Origin: Chara braunii
Lineage: Eukaryota; Plantae; Charophyceae
Assembly: GCA_003427395.1 (NCBI GenBank)
Contig: BFEA01000025.1
Location: 5,201,308-5,265,307 of the forward strand
Direction of reading: 5' to 3'
DNA length: 64,000 nt
In this document: positions 46,301 through 58,379 of the stretch, piece after piece
Layout of the letters: every line of letters begins with the position of its first letter
How positions within the stretch are numbered: the stretch's first letter is position 1
The notes under the pieces: generated by a model
What the model was told of the DNA's origin: nothing
Databases searched by the model: none
Seen by the model: only the letters and a program-made list of their open reading frames with translations
Translations under genes and position numbers: made by a program

Positions 46301-49300
46301 ATGGTCTGGTACACAGCGTCAGTTTGGGACCCACCCACAACTTTCACGAAGGACCTTAGGAAAAAAGCAACAGCTTACTTATGGACAGGGGACGCATCCA
46401 AGAACCAATTCATATCCAAGGTCGCTTGGAAATACGTAACCAATCCAGCAGAGGAAGGAGGGCTCAGCCTCATTGACCCCGCAACAGAATACAAAGCTCT
46501 CCAGACAAAGTGGATTCTGAGACTGATCCTCAAATTAGAGCTACCATGGCAGAAAATGGCCCTTTAACAAATAAGAAACCTACTACCGTTTAAAGCACAT
46601 GACAGCATCGAAGGCCATACATGGCTCATGAACAAATATTGGTCACCTAGAAGAGAAGGAAACAGACCTAGGCAAAGAGGACGAATGCCGAACTCAGACC
46701 CCCCAAGCGGGCATTGGACAAAGCTGATATCAGTGTTGAGGGAAGCCTTCCCACAAAGGAAAAGAGGCCCAAGGTCAAAGGAAGAAATCCTGAGACAACC
46801 CCTTTTTGGGAACGATCTATTGAAGGACCAAAATGGAAAGACATGGTCCCTCAACGGGAGAGGCAAGAGATGGAGGACCTGGGTGGAGAGAGGCATATGG
46901 AAGATCGAGCGCATATGGGACGAAGGAAACAGCAAGTGGAAATCAGAAAGAGACCTTAGAACAAAACTGAGAGGCCACCACAATTTACAGAAGAACTTAG
47001 AAGTATTAATAGACAGCATTCCAATAGCCTGGAGGTCAACCTTGAAAAGGAACAGAGTCTGGAAGAAAGGAGAGTGGGCAACATTGAAAGCCCAAGAAAC
47101 CCCCTCAGTAGCCCTCCGCCTCATATGCCACAAGGGAACAGATAGGAACATGGTTAAATTTGAGGTACACGAATTGGAAAACACAGACAAAGCAATAGTG
47201 ACGGTCAGAAAGGACACGCTAGCCAATCTAGACTTTGGTCTACAGGATCTCAGGAAAGTTAGGGAACTAAAAAACGAGCAGAAGAGACAAAAGAAAGAAA
47301 GAAAGGGGATAGAAACTCCTACCTGGTTGTTCAGGCCAAATAAAGACATTTCAGAGCTAGAAATCGACCCCAATGAGTGGGGCTGGTACGAGAACGGAGG
47401 GAGGGGTAGAGCTAAGAAGTGGATTGCACTGCATGAATACACAGTGAAAAAAGGGTATAAGTTAAGACGCAAGCTAGAAAACCCGCAACCGGTCATAGCG
47501 GCAAGGTGGGAAAAAACCTTACAAATAGACCTCGCCCCCTTGAGCACAATTCCATGGGCTTACCACGCATCGATCAGACCCCAGAGAGTAAGAAGTCTAC
47601 AATGGCTGATAATTTACATGGCGAACCCTGTCAATGCCTGGTTGGAAGCAAGGCGAAGAACAGAAGATAGAACGGAATCCTCGGCACATTGCCAAATGTA
47701 TCAGGAACAGGAAATTGAAACACTAATCCACTGCCTACTGGACTGCCAGCACGCCAAAGCCCTGTGGACCAAATGTAAAAAAGCCTGGTCCAACATTTCT
47801 CCCAACGTTTTCCCGACAAAGCAATTCTACCTGTTGACAGCAATAGACAGGGAAAACTTAGTCACCGAACAAGACAGGGAGATCGCAGAGCTTCTGCGAA
47901 GGAGAGCACGATGTGGGGGCACAATAGGTAAAAAGAAGATAACAATAAACGAATTGTGGGAAGAAGCACGGGGAACGGTAGAAACAGGCATAAGAGTGGA
48001 ATGGAAACGAGCCCTAGAGAAGATAGACAGAGAAATAGAGGAACAAAGAAGGACTAAAATACGGAAGGAATTTGAAGAAAAGTGGCTGAAGGGGGAACGA
48101 TTGGCAAGGATAACCGGAAAAGCCCTTCGCTTTACGGACTGGTGGGATTCAGACCATCCAGGGATAGGGCGGAATGGACCTAACACAATAGATCTAGTCT
48201 GATAAAAGAAGAGCCTAGAATAATCAATCATAGTCTCAGAACAAGAAAAGCGATAGGACATAACGCCTGACATCTACCAAAAAACAAACCTCCCCTAATG
48301 AACCATCCTCAAGAATGGAGGCACGAGACAGGAAAGAAAACGTACGTGGGATAGCATAATAGGGTAGCCCAGAGGAAAATAGCAGTAAGAGCAGTCTTCC
48401 GGGAGGAAAAAAGAGTAGACAGCCAAAGAGAGAGCGTCACAAAGTTCAAAGGCCATAGCCTGGTATTAGCACTACGGGAAAGAAGTTCAAATGCACCTCA
48501 AGCAGACCGACAGTCACTCATCAGCATCCCCGAACCTTCACACATCATTAGGGATCCCCCATAGATAAGGGCAATAGCCAGGCCGAACACATCAGAAGGA
48601 CACAGGCTAGAATACTAACCAAGTCACAGCACTTCAAGTAGGCAGGCCCAAGGACCACAGACAAGTAGTGCAAATAGTCCAGACAGAGTAAAGGGTTCTA
48701 GTAAAGCCACTAGAGAGAGGCTGTCTAGTCCAGTTTAAGCATCAGGGACCACCCAATAAAGATACGGTCTAAGAAAAGGATCAATAGGGATCAGGGTTTT
48801 AGCCCATATTTAGACCCAAGGTCGATAGAGTCCAAACTCCAATTTTTTTAGTGGGAGTATCAGCAATTACCCAAAAAGGGACAGGGAAATTTAGCTAGAG
48901 GTTAGGGATCTAACAGAAGTAGCTAGCAATGAACATGGACAAGGTTTAGGGTTTCAACATGACCACGGAAAGAAGCCTAACCGGCAGCTTCGGCAAGTTA
49001 AGTAAATCTGTAAGTCAAGGAGTTGAGAGAAACAGGCAGGTAGAGACTCAAGGAGGCAAGCTACAAATCACCAGAAGGATAAGGCAGTCAGACTAGCTTT
49101 CAAAAGTAGCAGTTAAATAGAGCAGGCTAACTCAGGCAGGGGTGAAGGGGGGGTATATCCTTCCTTCCGGAAGTAATCAATGCCATCCTTCGGGCCTCCA
49201 CACCATAAGGGGGAGGAGCGTGTGTGAGTGCTTATTCAGTCTTATTGTAATATTTTCTGACTTGCCGGTGGAATAGGAACCGGACTGATGGTCCCCAGAA

Positions 49301-49349
49301 TGGAAAAGGAGCTAGAACCCTAAGGTTCTGTTTTAAAAAAAATAAAAAA
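43397..49349 (+). mobile_element. L1/Tx1-like LINE with complete decayed ORF2 and a long 3'UTR
   Basis: APE (SWNVHG, IQETH, NIYAP), RT (NYRPISLL, RQGDP, FVDD), zinc-finger remnant and poly(A). TSD AATCTTTGACTTGCTTC (43380-43396, 49350-49366). Confidence 0.96.
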
Positions 49350-49634
49350 AATCTTTGACTTGCTTCTGAATTTCTGATCCTACCGATTCCTACGTTTTTA
49401 AGTTATTTGTACAGGTTCGTGGGGCTGTGTGGAGGGGGTTGTGAGCCTTCTCTTGTAGGAGTGATTGGGGATAGTGGTGTGTGATGGGGACTGTTTGGGG
49501 CGTAGGAGGCGGTTATTGAGGGGTTCGTGTAGGATGGGTGTTGGGATCTTGGTGAGGGTTGGTCTGTGTTTGGAAGTTTGATGTTAGGGGGTAGAGGGGG
49601 ATGCTGCTGATGTTGAGTGATTATCGGAAGAATT

Positions 49635-49938
49635 CTAGGCTACCAGCCGGGCCGCCCGGGTCACCCTATTTTCCCGGGCGGCCCGGCCGTGCAAGCACCA
49701 GGGAAGGTCCCAGCCAAAAAAAAAAAAAAAAAAAAATCCAAAAAATCTGCAAAAAAAACTATGTTATGCAGAAAAATAAGCCGAACAACTTTTGCCTTAG
49801 GGTCAAATCAAAATTCTTTACCAAGTTTAAAATAAAAAAAATAATTTTTAAATATTTTTTATTTTTTTTATTTTTTTATTTTTTTATTTCTTTTTGGCCC
49901 GGTCGGGCCAGTGGACCGGGGCCACTCTGGTAGCCTAG
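49635..49938. mobile_element. hAT-type MITE
   Basis: TIR CTAGGCTACCAG/CTGGTAGCCTAG and TSD GAAGAATT/GAAGAATC. Confidence 0.9.
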
Positions 49939-50600
49939 GAAGAATCTTAATAACATCAGCAATTTCATTTCCTTTTTCCGTTAATTTATTTCTGTCAGGC
50001 AGACCTCTGAACTCATCGGGCTTGAGCGGGTGGGATGATAAGCCAGTTCTTGAGGGTTAGGCTTCCGCCCTTTATAGTTCGTAGGTTTCCTGATCCTAAT
50101 TTAAGGACTCTGAAATTTTGGGTTATTTCTGGCCTTTGGTCAGGGGCGTTTTGAATTTGTTTTTGTTTTTTTTTCAAAGCGTGTGTATTCTGTTTCTATT
50201 ATGTTCTTTATTGTGATGATTGGGTTCTCGGGATTGTTCTTTTCCATAATCCCAAAAGTGTTCCTTTTCTGCTGATATGGGAGAAGAAGAATGGTTCGAA
50301 ACCTTTGAGGGGTGGGTTTTGTTCAACTTAGAGGAATAAAGTGCCGGGGCTTATCGTGATAATCTTATTAGATAAGGTACTCCAGGTGTTCTTTATTTCC
50401 TGCCATAGCTTCCTGGCCTCTGGGCAGTCGATAAAGCAGTGGTTTAGAGTTTCTGGGGTTTGTAGAGCGCATAGAAGGCACTTGAAACCAGAGGTGGGAT
50501 TCTTTTTTAGAGTCTCTTTTTCTGTTTTCAAGTTTCAAGTTTTTTCAAAACTTTTTTTTTTTTTGAACTAACCTATATTCTTCTCTCAATATGTCTCCCA

Positions 50601-50912
50601 CTACCTACCTACCTACACGCAGTCACTAACAGCCGAAGCAACCACAGGGTTATAACCACAGGGTTATGGGTCTAAGGCTACCACCTCTCTGCTCTGTGCG
50701 GGGAGCAGCACCCTGGCTCCTAACACCTGGCGCGAGCTGGGGAGACCAATCACCACTTCCCCAACCAGCCAGGAGGCCCAAGCCGAATATCTCTGGTGGT
50801 GAAGCCGAAGCATATCACAGGAAGGCGTGGGGGATTGAATGGACAACGTGGGGAATCGAACCCACAACCTCCTGAATACACACTTACATGCTTCAACCAA
50901 CTGAGCTAGCCC
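50601..50912 (-). mobile_element. tRNA-derived SINE with (GTAG)n tail
   Basis: Minus strand GGGCTAGCTCAGTTGG (A box) ... GGTTCGATTCC (B box), then an about 230-nt body ending in GTAG repeats. Confidence 0.75.
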
Positions 50913-51051
50913 ACTTGGGCAATTTCAGCATTATTTCTTTATAATTCTTTCAGAGAAAAAGAGCAACTTGAAAGCCAGATTCCGTACCATGCTGTGTGCT
51001 GAAGGTTCGATAAATGAGTGATCACTGATCACTGATTTTCTCATTTTCTCG

Positions 51052-52758
51052 TGAGTACGGACGCCACCCGGGCGGGCGGGGCTGGTTGGGACGCCCGGGC
51101 AAACCGGGCGGGCAAAAAAAACAGCCCAGAAATTATTATTTTTTTTTTTTGAAAGCGGGGTCCTTCTGTGCTCGGCGAGAGGACCCCGAATCTGCAATAA
51201 AAAACCTGGTTTGGGGGGGGGACAGGTTGTCTGGGTGCGNNNNNNNNNNNNNNNNNNNNNNNNNNNNNNNNNNNNNNNNNNNNNNNNNNNNNNNNNNNNN
51301 NNNNNNNNNNNNNNNNNNNNNNNNNNNNNNNNNNNNNNNNNNNNNNNNNNNNNNNNNNNNNNNNNNNNNNNNNNNNNNNNNNNNNNNNNNNNNNNNNNNN
51401 NNNNNNNNNNNNNNNNNNNNNNNNNNNNNNNNNNNNNNNNNNNNNNNNNNNNNNNNNNNNNNNNNNNNNNNNNNNNNNNNNNNNNNNNNNNNNNNNNNNN
51501 NNNNNNNNNNNNNNNNNNNNNNNNNNNNNNNNNNNNNNNNNNNNNNNNNNNNNNNNNNNNNNNNNNNNNNNNNNNNNNNNNNNNNNNNNNNNNNNNNNNN
51601 NNNNNNNNNNNNNNNNNNNNNNNNNNNNNNNNNNNNNNNNNNNNNNNNNNNNNNNNNNNNNNNNNNNNNNNNNNNNNNNNNNNNNNNNNNNNNNNNNNNN
51701 NNNNNNNNNNNNNNNNNNNNNNNNNNNNNNNNNNNNNNNNNNNNNNNNNNNNNNNNNNNNNNNNNNNNNNNNNNNNNNNNNNNNNNNNNNNNNNNNNNNN
51801 NNNNNNNNNNNNNNNNNNNNNNNNNNNNNNNNNNNNNNNNNNNNNNNNNNNNNNNNNNNNNNNNNNNNNNNNNNNNNNNNNNNNNNNNNNNNNNNNNNNN
51901 NNNNNNNNNNNNNNNNNNNNNNNNNNNNNNNNNNNNNNNNNNNAAGAAGAAGAAGAAGAAGAAGAAGAAGAAGAAGAAGAAGAAGAAGAAGATGGGCGGA
52001 AGAGGAGGAGGAGAAGAGAAGAGGAAGGAGAAGAAGTTGAGGGGGAGGCGGGGGAGGAGAGAAGAAGAAGAAGAAGAAGGGAGCAGGTTTTTTTTTTTTT
52101 TCTTACCTGTCGTTTATCTCGCGACCTATCGCTGACGAATGGAACAAAAAAAAACAGAAGAAAAAGAAGATAGTCGGAAGAGGAGGAGAGAAGAAGAAGA
52201 AGAAGAAGAAGAAGAAGAAGAAGAAGAAGAAGAAGATGATGATGAGAGGGGGACGAGCGACGGGCGACTCCACGACGCTGGCGACGGGCGACAGGCGACT
52301 CCACAACGCTGGCGATGGGCGACGGGCGGCTCCACGACGACGGGGGAGTGTAGCTCCCAGGCGACAACGGGCGGCTCCACGACGACGGGCGGCTGAACCA
52401 CGAACTTCGGCGGCTGGGGAAAACCAAGGCCCCGTTTGGACAGCCGATGCAGGCCGCCCCAGCCAGTCGGCTGTTCAAACGGGTCCTCATTTTCCCTCCA
52501 AAAATCAAACGGCCCTCGGGCCGTCACAATTTCAAAAAAAAAAGCTGGCCTCACGGGCCCGACGCGCCGTTTTTTGGGCCTGGTCGGACCCGGTAGGCCC
52601 TGGGGACGCCAGAACATGGCGATTCGGGGTCTGAACCCCCCCCTCGACAAGGTGTGCTGGGGGTGCCCGGCCCCCAACCGGGCCGCCCGCCCGGCCAGGC
52701 CGCCCGGGACCTCCCCCGGGCAGGCGCTGGTCGGCCGGGCGGCCCGGTTCCGTACTCA
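51052..52758. mobile_element. Non-autonomous TIR element with GC-rich subtermini
   Basis: TIR TGAGTACGGA/TCCGTACTCA. The left end resembles the reverse complement of 30245-30400. No clean TSD. Confidence 0.55.
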
Positions 52759-53094
52759 GATTTTCCTATTTTTCTCACAGAATTTGAAGTTTCAACTTTG
52801 AAACAGAATCATTGGTGATGAATCTGATGATGTCATCGATAGTCAGACATTGAAATGCCATCTTTTAACGCCTTTAACTCGTTGAGCTGTTTGTTCCGTC
52901 CAATTATAAAGTCAAATTCAAAACATAAGCAAGAGTTTGGTGGCACCTGTTCAAAGAGGTCCAAGCCTCCAAAGGGGGGGAAATGGAGTGATAGAGATGA
53001 GAAAAACAGAGATCAGAAATGTCATCTTCCTGACAACTTCCTGTCAGGGTCGTGTGGCTGATGGCTTGCTGTGGTTTGCTGCCACGGACTGCAG

Positions 53095-53168
53095 ATGCGA
53101 TGTCTACCAAGCTGCCTCACTTCCAGTTGGAGCTTTCTGCAATATTTTGTTCAGTTCAGGGACCACAG
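53095..53168 (+). CDS. AAE17: AAE17/18-like exon with AMP-binding P-loop
   Basis: TGCAG|A...ACAG|GTAAT. Encodes CDVYQAASLPVGAFCNILFSSGTTG in phase with the preceding exon. Confidence 0.9.
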
Positions 53169-53532
53169 GTAATGAAGGTGCCTGAGTTCTATATTTTGGA
53201 GCTTTTCCGTTTTTTGAGAAATGGTGCACTCATGTGTTTCAGGCAACGCAGGCTTTTAGAGTCTGGATGAACAATTGTGCATCACTTGCTTCTGAATTGA
53301 TTGTATCTCAAAGCAGAGCAGAACAACTGTGCTGTTGGCTGTGCTCCATTTGTTGAGGTTGAGTCAAAGGGAGATGTACGTACTGTACTATGGCATGGCA
53401 GCATCCATACCTTCGTCCCTTGGGGGACTTACCTGTCGACTTACCTGCAACCCCATAGCTCCATCTTCGTCTTCAGCGCGTCCGTATCTGCATCAAGACA
53501 CCACCTTTCTGCAGGTCAGTACCTGGTTACAT

Positions 53533-53586
<54 letters not shown>

Positions 53587-53713
53587 NNNNNNNNNNNNNN
53601 NNNNNNNNNNNNNNNNNNNNNNNNNNNNNNNNNNNNNNNNNNNNNNNNNNNNNNNNNNNNNNNNNNNNNNNNNNNNNNNNNNNNNNNNNNNNNNNNNNNN
53701 NNNNNNNNNNNNN

Positions 53714-53796
<83 letters not shown>

Positions 53797-54927
53797 GAGT
53801 GTTGAGACTGGGTTGCATTGGACTACAGACCGACATTGGACAGAGGCACTGGGGATACTATTTTGGAGACTGATGAGTGACATTTGAGTTGATGACATCT
53901 CCATTCCTCCTCCTCCTTCGTCTCTTCCCCCTCCTCTTCATCTATGGATGTTTGCTGGCCTGGCGCACTTCGTCTGTGTGTTTGATGAGTGTGTTGCAGT
54001 CAGTCTGCGTCATTTTGAGGCAGATTGTGGTATATCGGTCTTCCGCTATGCTATCTTTGCTCTATCTCTTTGGGTCGGTTCTTGGTTCTGATCTTTGCCT
54101 TGTAGGCATGCGACACACACACACGCAATCAGTTTTATGTCTGTCTATTCCTCCCTCTGATTTTTTCTAAGTATTTTTCTGTGTGCCCAACTGAGCACCC
54201 TTAAGTAGTGCCAAACAGTGGGTGGTTCCTCGTTTGGAGTGCCAACTGCACTCTTAGGGGGGCCGCTCAGTTCGGGATGTCTGTTTTGTCTGTGGGTGAT
54301 GGCGGATGCTCGTCGGAGTGTCTCCCTGGCTCAGTGGGTGGTGGGAACCAACAGTCTGCGGGGTGCGTCGTGATGTGAGTAGGTCATGTGCTGTTTTGCT
54401 CCGTGTTGGATGTGTGGACGGCCTCGTCTGCGCTCCGCCGCTGCCCTGCTGCCTGTCCCGCTTGCTTCGCATGTGGTTCTTTGCAGGTTGATGTGTTTGC
54501 TGTGTGGTGTGGCCGTGTGGTTAGTGTTGCCTTGCGCTTCGCTGCTCCGCTGCCTTGCTGCCCTGCTGCTGGTCGTGCCTTCCATGTTTGCTGCTTGCGG
54601 GCCTTGCTGGATGGTTGCCTTGTTGCTGATGCCTTGTGCTTTGCTCCACGGTTGCCGAGCTGCTGGCCCGCTCGCCCTGTCGTCCATTGCAGTGCGGTTG
54701 CCCTGTTTGTGTTGTCTTGTGCTTCACTACACGGTTACCGCGCTGCATGTCCCACGTGCCATGTCGTTCCTTGCAGTTGTTTTTGGCGTTGTGCAGCCCT
54801 GTTGCCTCTACTGTGTTGCCAGGTGCTGCACAGGGTTGCTGCCCACTGTTATGTTCCGCATGAGCACAGTCTGCCTTCAACAAGGGTCAAAGGGTTCATG
54901 ACCCAAACCATCAAATACGGAGATTCT

Positions 54928-54987
54928 GCAGATTGTCGAGGGTTCAGCCTCCTGATGAGTCGGTGCAACTCCGACGAAACATTCTGT
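54928..54987 (+). ncRNA. Complete type III hammerhead ribozyme
   Basis: GCAGATTGTC / stem I GAGG-gttcag-CCTC / CTGATGA / stem II GTCGG-tgcaact-CCGAC / GAAACATTCTGT. The core is intact, with predicted GUC cleavage after 54937. Confidence 0.9.
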
Positions 54988-54998
54988 CATCATCAGTT

Positions 54999-55278
54999 AA
55001 ACAAATAGCATGTTTCATTATATAAAGAGCAAAAGGAGGCCGGGAATCCCTCCACATCTCAACCCGGATGACTGTGGCCATTACCCAGATTAGGCTAGTA
55101 TTGCGGGGTGGTTCCTGTGTTCCTACCTTCTATCTGTTCACATCATAGTTGCGGTGCACCGGTGCGCACTGTGCTGTGCGCTGGAATGACAGTGTGCGCA
55201 CTGTGCGCCGTGCGCAGTGTGGTGCGCGCGCTGAGGGAGGTGCTCTATGTGTGCAAAAAAAAAAAAAAAAGACAGGCC

Positions 55279-55332
<54 letters not shown>

Positions 55333-55426
55333 NATGACAGTGTGCGCACTGTGCGCCGTGCGCAGTGTGGTGCGCGCGCTGAGGGAGGTGCTCTATGTGT
55401 GCAAAAAAAAAAAAAAAAAACAGGCC

Positions 55427-55510
<84 letters not shown>

Positions 55511-57751
55511 CAACAAAGGGTCCCCTTTATGTCAGTTCGAGGGCCCCTGCAGGTACCTTGAGTGGCTCCTACAACGCATGTGGAGCCATTGAGGGCCGCT
55601 GCTTCAATGAGAAGGATGGCCTCGTCATGCATGAAAGACATGGGGGCAGACCACCAATATATGCTGTGGATTCGAGTTCAGGGCTGTAGCTCGGCAGTTA
55701 TGGGTCACCAGTTCAGCTAGACCCTGTTCGTGTCTCCACGTGATTTTCAGGGCCTCCCTCCACCACTCACCAAATGTATATAATATTAGTAGAATGAATC
55801 TTCTGCTAAAACATGGAACCATACACCGCCATATGCTATGTACTCACCAAATGTATATAATATTAGTAGAATGAATCTTCTGCTAAAACATGGAACCATA
55901 CACCGCCATATGCTATGTCTTTTGTGCATTTGGTGAGTAGCGGAGCAGGCCCCACTGGACGTATTCGTAAGAAAACAAAAACAAGAAAACGAGAGAGCCA
56001 TGGGCATCTTCATCCTAACCCATATCTGCCGACATGCAGACCTGAACGCCAATGTTCAGCATATATTGGTGGTCGGCTGGCCATAGAAAACGCAACTTGT
56101 GATCTCTGCGAAGCTTCGCGGGGCAGGTCGTTATCAGGCGACTACCCCTTCTTGCGAACTTACCCCACCACTGTGTGGGATTTGTAGAAGGGAGCGGGAA
56201 GAACATCTTTCATACCCCGCCTAAAAAAAAAGATGGAATGAGCCCTATTTTTTAAGTATTTTATGCTTCGCCATTCTGAAACTTTTGGGGGAAGGGCCTG
56301 CCGAAATCGAAATTTGGCAGCCCTTACCCAAAAGAAAATTTTGAGCTGGGGGTGCGGCCGGTTTCCGAGCTTGCACGGTGAGTTTAACATTTTTGCCGAG
56401 TTGTGGGCCCTAAGAAATTACGAAACCCTTCAAACCCCTACTCTCTTTTTTTTTTTTGGTGGACCTAATTTTTCCAGTGCGCTGTGCGGTGCCCTGCGTG
56501 CGGCGCGCAATTCGTGCGCAAATCCGCGCACCGAGGTGCGCCGCAACTATGGTTCACATGCTATTCCTGAAAAAAGGAAACTGGATTAACAACCAACAAA
56601 TAGTAATAAAGGAAAAAGCTCTATCTAGGTCCCCATTTACCCTTCTAAACGCCCCTAGGTCCTCCTCTGTCTAACTTCTCCTTGCCTCATTCTTTCTTCC
56701 TGGTCCTTGCCTTAAACCCTAAACCCTACTGTTGCTAACCTCATTCCCTTTGCTATGGCCTTCTCACCCTCTCTGTCTCCACGAAAAAACGAGGCCTGTA
56801 GCCGGGATAGTTGCTACTTTACCATTCCCTAGGGTTCCTGTCTTTCAGGTCCTGCGCTTGGTCCGGTTGCTGCCTCATCTGCCACTGTGGTCTTTTCCAC
56901 TGTGCCCAAATCTCTGTCTCCATTAGGTTTAGGAGGATCTCCCTTGCTTCCTGTTCATGCATCGGTCGCTTCCCTATTGTAACCTGACAGCGTCTTTTCC
57001 AAATTGTCCATACTGTGTACTGTCTTATGAGATGAAATAGTTGCTTCACGAAAGCTTGCGAATCTCTGGGGCAGTTGTGTCCCAAAAGCAGGGTCTCTTT
57101 TTCTTGCGGGAAAGGCTTCTGCATCATCTGCTCCAGAGGGTTCTGGCTATTTCCCATAGGCTCTCTGCCTTTGGGCATGTCAGCAGGCCATGCTCCATTG
57201 TTTTCACTGAACCCTGCTGGCAAACTGAACACAAGGCATTGGAGGGGTCCCTTCTTGCTCGGCTTCTTTTTTCGTTTAGCCAAGCGTTTACTGGCAAGGC
57301 TATGTGGGCAATTGGCCACTGCAAGCTTCTGACCCGGCCAAGTCTGATCCTATTGACCGTTGTCCATGGTATTGTTGGTAATTGCTCCGGGGAGAACCCC
57401 ACTCTGTTCTCCCACCGCTTCGTGAGCACCTTCTTCAGAGAGTGGTGCCGCCTTCTCAGTCGATAACCAATTCGCGTAGTGTACTTTAGTATGCTGACTC
57501 TTTTGGAAATTCTCAACCTTCCTCCTCTGAGATTCCACGCCCATTCCACCGGGTCACCATTTAGTTCTTTTATTGGACTGGTTGGGCTAAAAATCGTGAA
57601 ATCCTCCATCTTCCACTACTCTTACTTTTTTGTACGTGTCGCGCTTGGATGGTGATCGGAGTCTTGGAATCCTGGTCCAAGAGACAGGTGGTGCTTCCTA
57701 GGTTCGTGATGAACCAGCCGGGAAGGAGTGGCTGAACACAGACATGTACAA
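54999..57751 (-). mobile_element. 5'-truncated LINE (zf-RVT region plus 3'UTR), no poly(A)
   Basis: DPVEWAW, SLQWPIAHIALPVNAWL and CSVC...HGLLTC. Candidate 8-bp TSD CATCAGTT (54991-54998, 57752-57759). Confidence 0.75.
55144..56551. mobile_element. Non-autonomous hAT-type DNA transposon
   Basis: TIR CATAGTTGCGG/CCGCAACTATG, perfect 8-bp TSD GTTCACAT, and GTGCGC subterminal repeats. Confidence 0.92.
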
Positions 57752-58251
57752 CATCAGTTCTTATTGTTTTATTTGTTTGCTTTCTTCTTTTTCAACTTGG
57801 CTCTCTATGTCTCTTCCCTTGTTGCCTTGTGCTGCTTGTCTGCCCACCCGCCTCCCCCATGTCATCCACCCTTCGTGCAATTGGTCGTTGTCTAATGCCT
57901 TGTTGCTTGTTGTCATTCGCTTCGTGTCTTGCTTTTGTGGCCTTCGTATGACATTCCATGGGTATTGATGACGGACGCAGGAGAACACCTGGTGCTGGCT
58001 ACTATGCCAATGATGATGATGGCTTTGTCATCAATTCTACCCCTTCTCCCTCCTTCTCTTCCCTTCTTCGCTATCCATCTCACGTGTTCTTTCTTCGAGG
58101 GACCCGCTATATTCCTTTGGTCTTGACTGTAGGGATTGTTGGTTTGTGGCATTAGTCAATCCTACAGATGGGTAGTGCAGTGCAAACAGCATGTGAATGG
58201 ATCTATGTGGAGGTTCCCGTGTTTTGGGGTTGCTATGGTTGCTGACACATT

Positions 58252-58292
<41 letters not shown>

Positions 58293-58316
58293 ACACAGAC
58301 ACACACACGCGCACAC

Positions 58317-58379
<63 letters not shown>

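Larger units (their letters stand above)
42227..50535 (-). mobile_element. 5'-truncated LINE hosting two nested LINEs and a MITE
   Basis: T-rich tail at 42227-42260, conserved 3' motif at 42280-42340 and zf-RVT remnant CLLC...HCFIDC at 50328-50531. The 5' boundary is uncertain (50466 or about 50535). Confidence 0.7.
53795..58254 (+). mobile_element. Non-coding hammerhead-bearing element (about 1.7 kb after removing nested inserts)
   Basis: TG/C-rich non-coding body between (GA)n and (CA)n tracts, interrupted at CATCAGTT by a LINE. Boundaries are inferred from the microsatellites. Confidence 0.5.

Noticed and set aside
52818-52865. Hammerhead-like CTGATGA-TGTC...GACA-TT-GAAA
   Set aside because: There are two extra bases before GAAA and stem I does not pair, so this is probably chance.
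54331-55008. Cys/Leu/Ala-rich ORFs of 120-206 aa
   Set aside because: These are low-complexity TGC-rich sequences open in several frames, with no recognisable domain.
55187-55500. About 147-bp direct repeat around the single N at 55333
   Set aside because: Near-identical copies on either side of a 1-N join look like an unmerged contig overlap.
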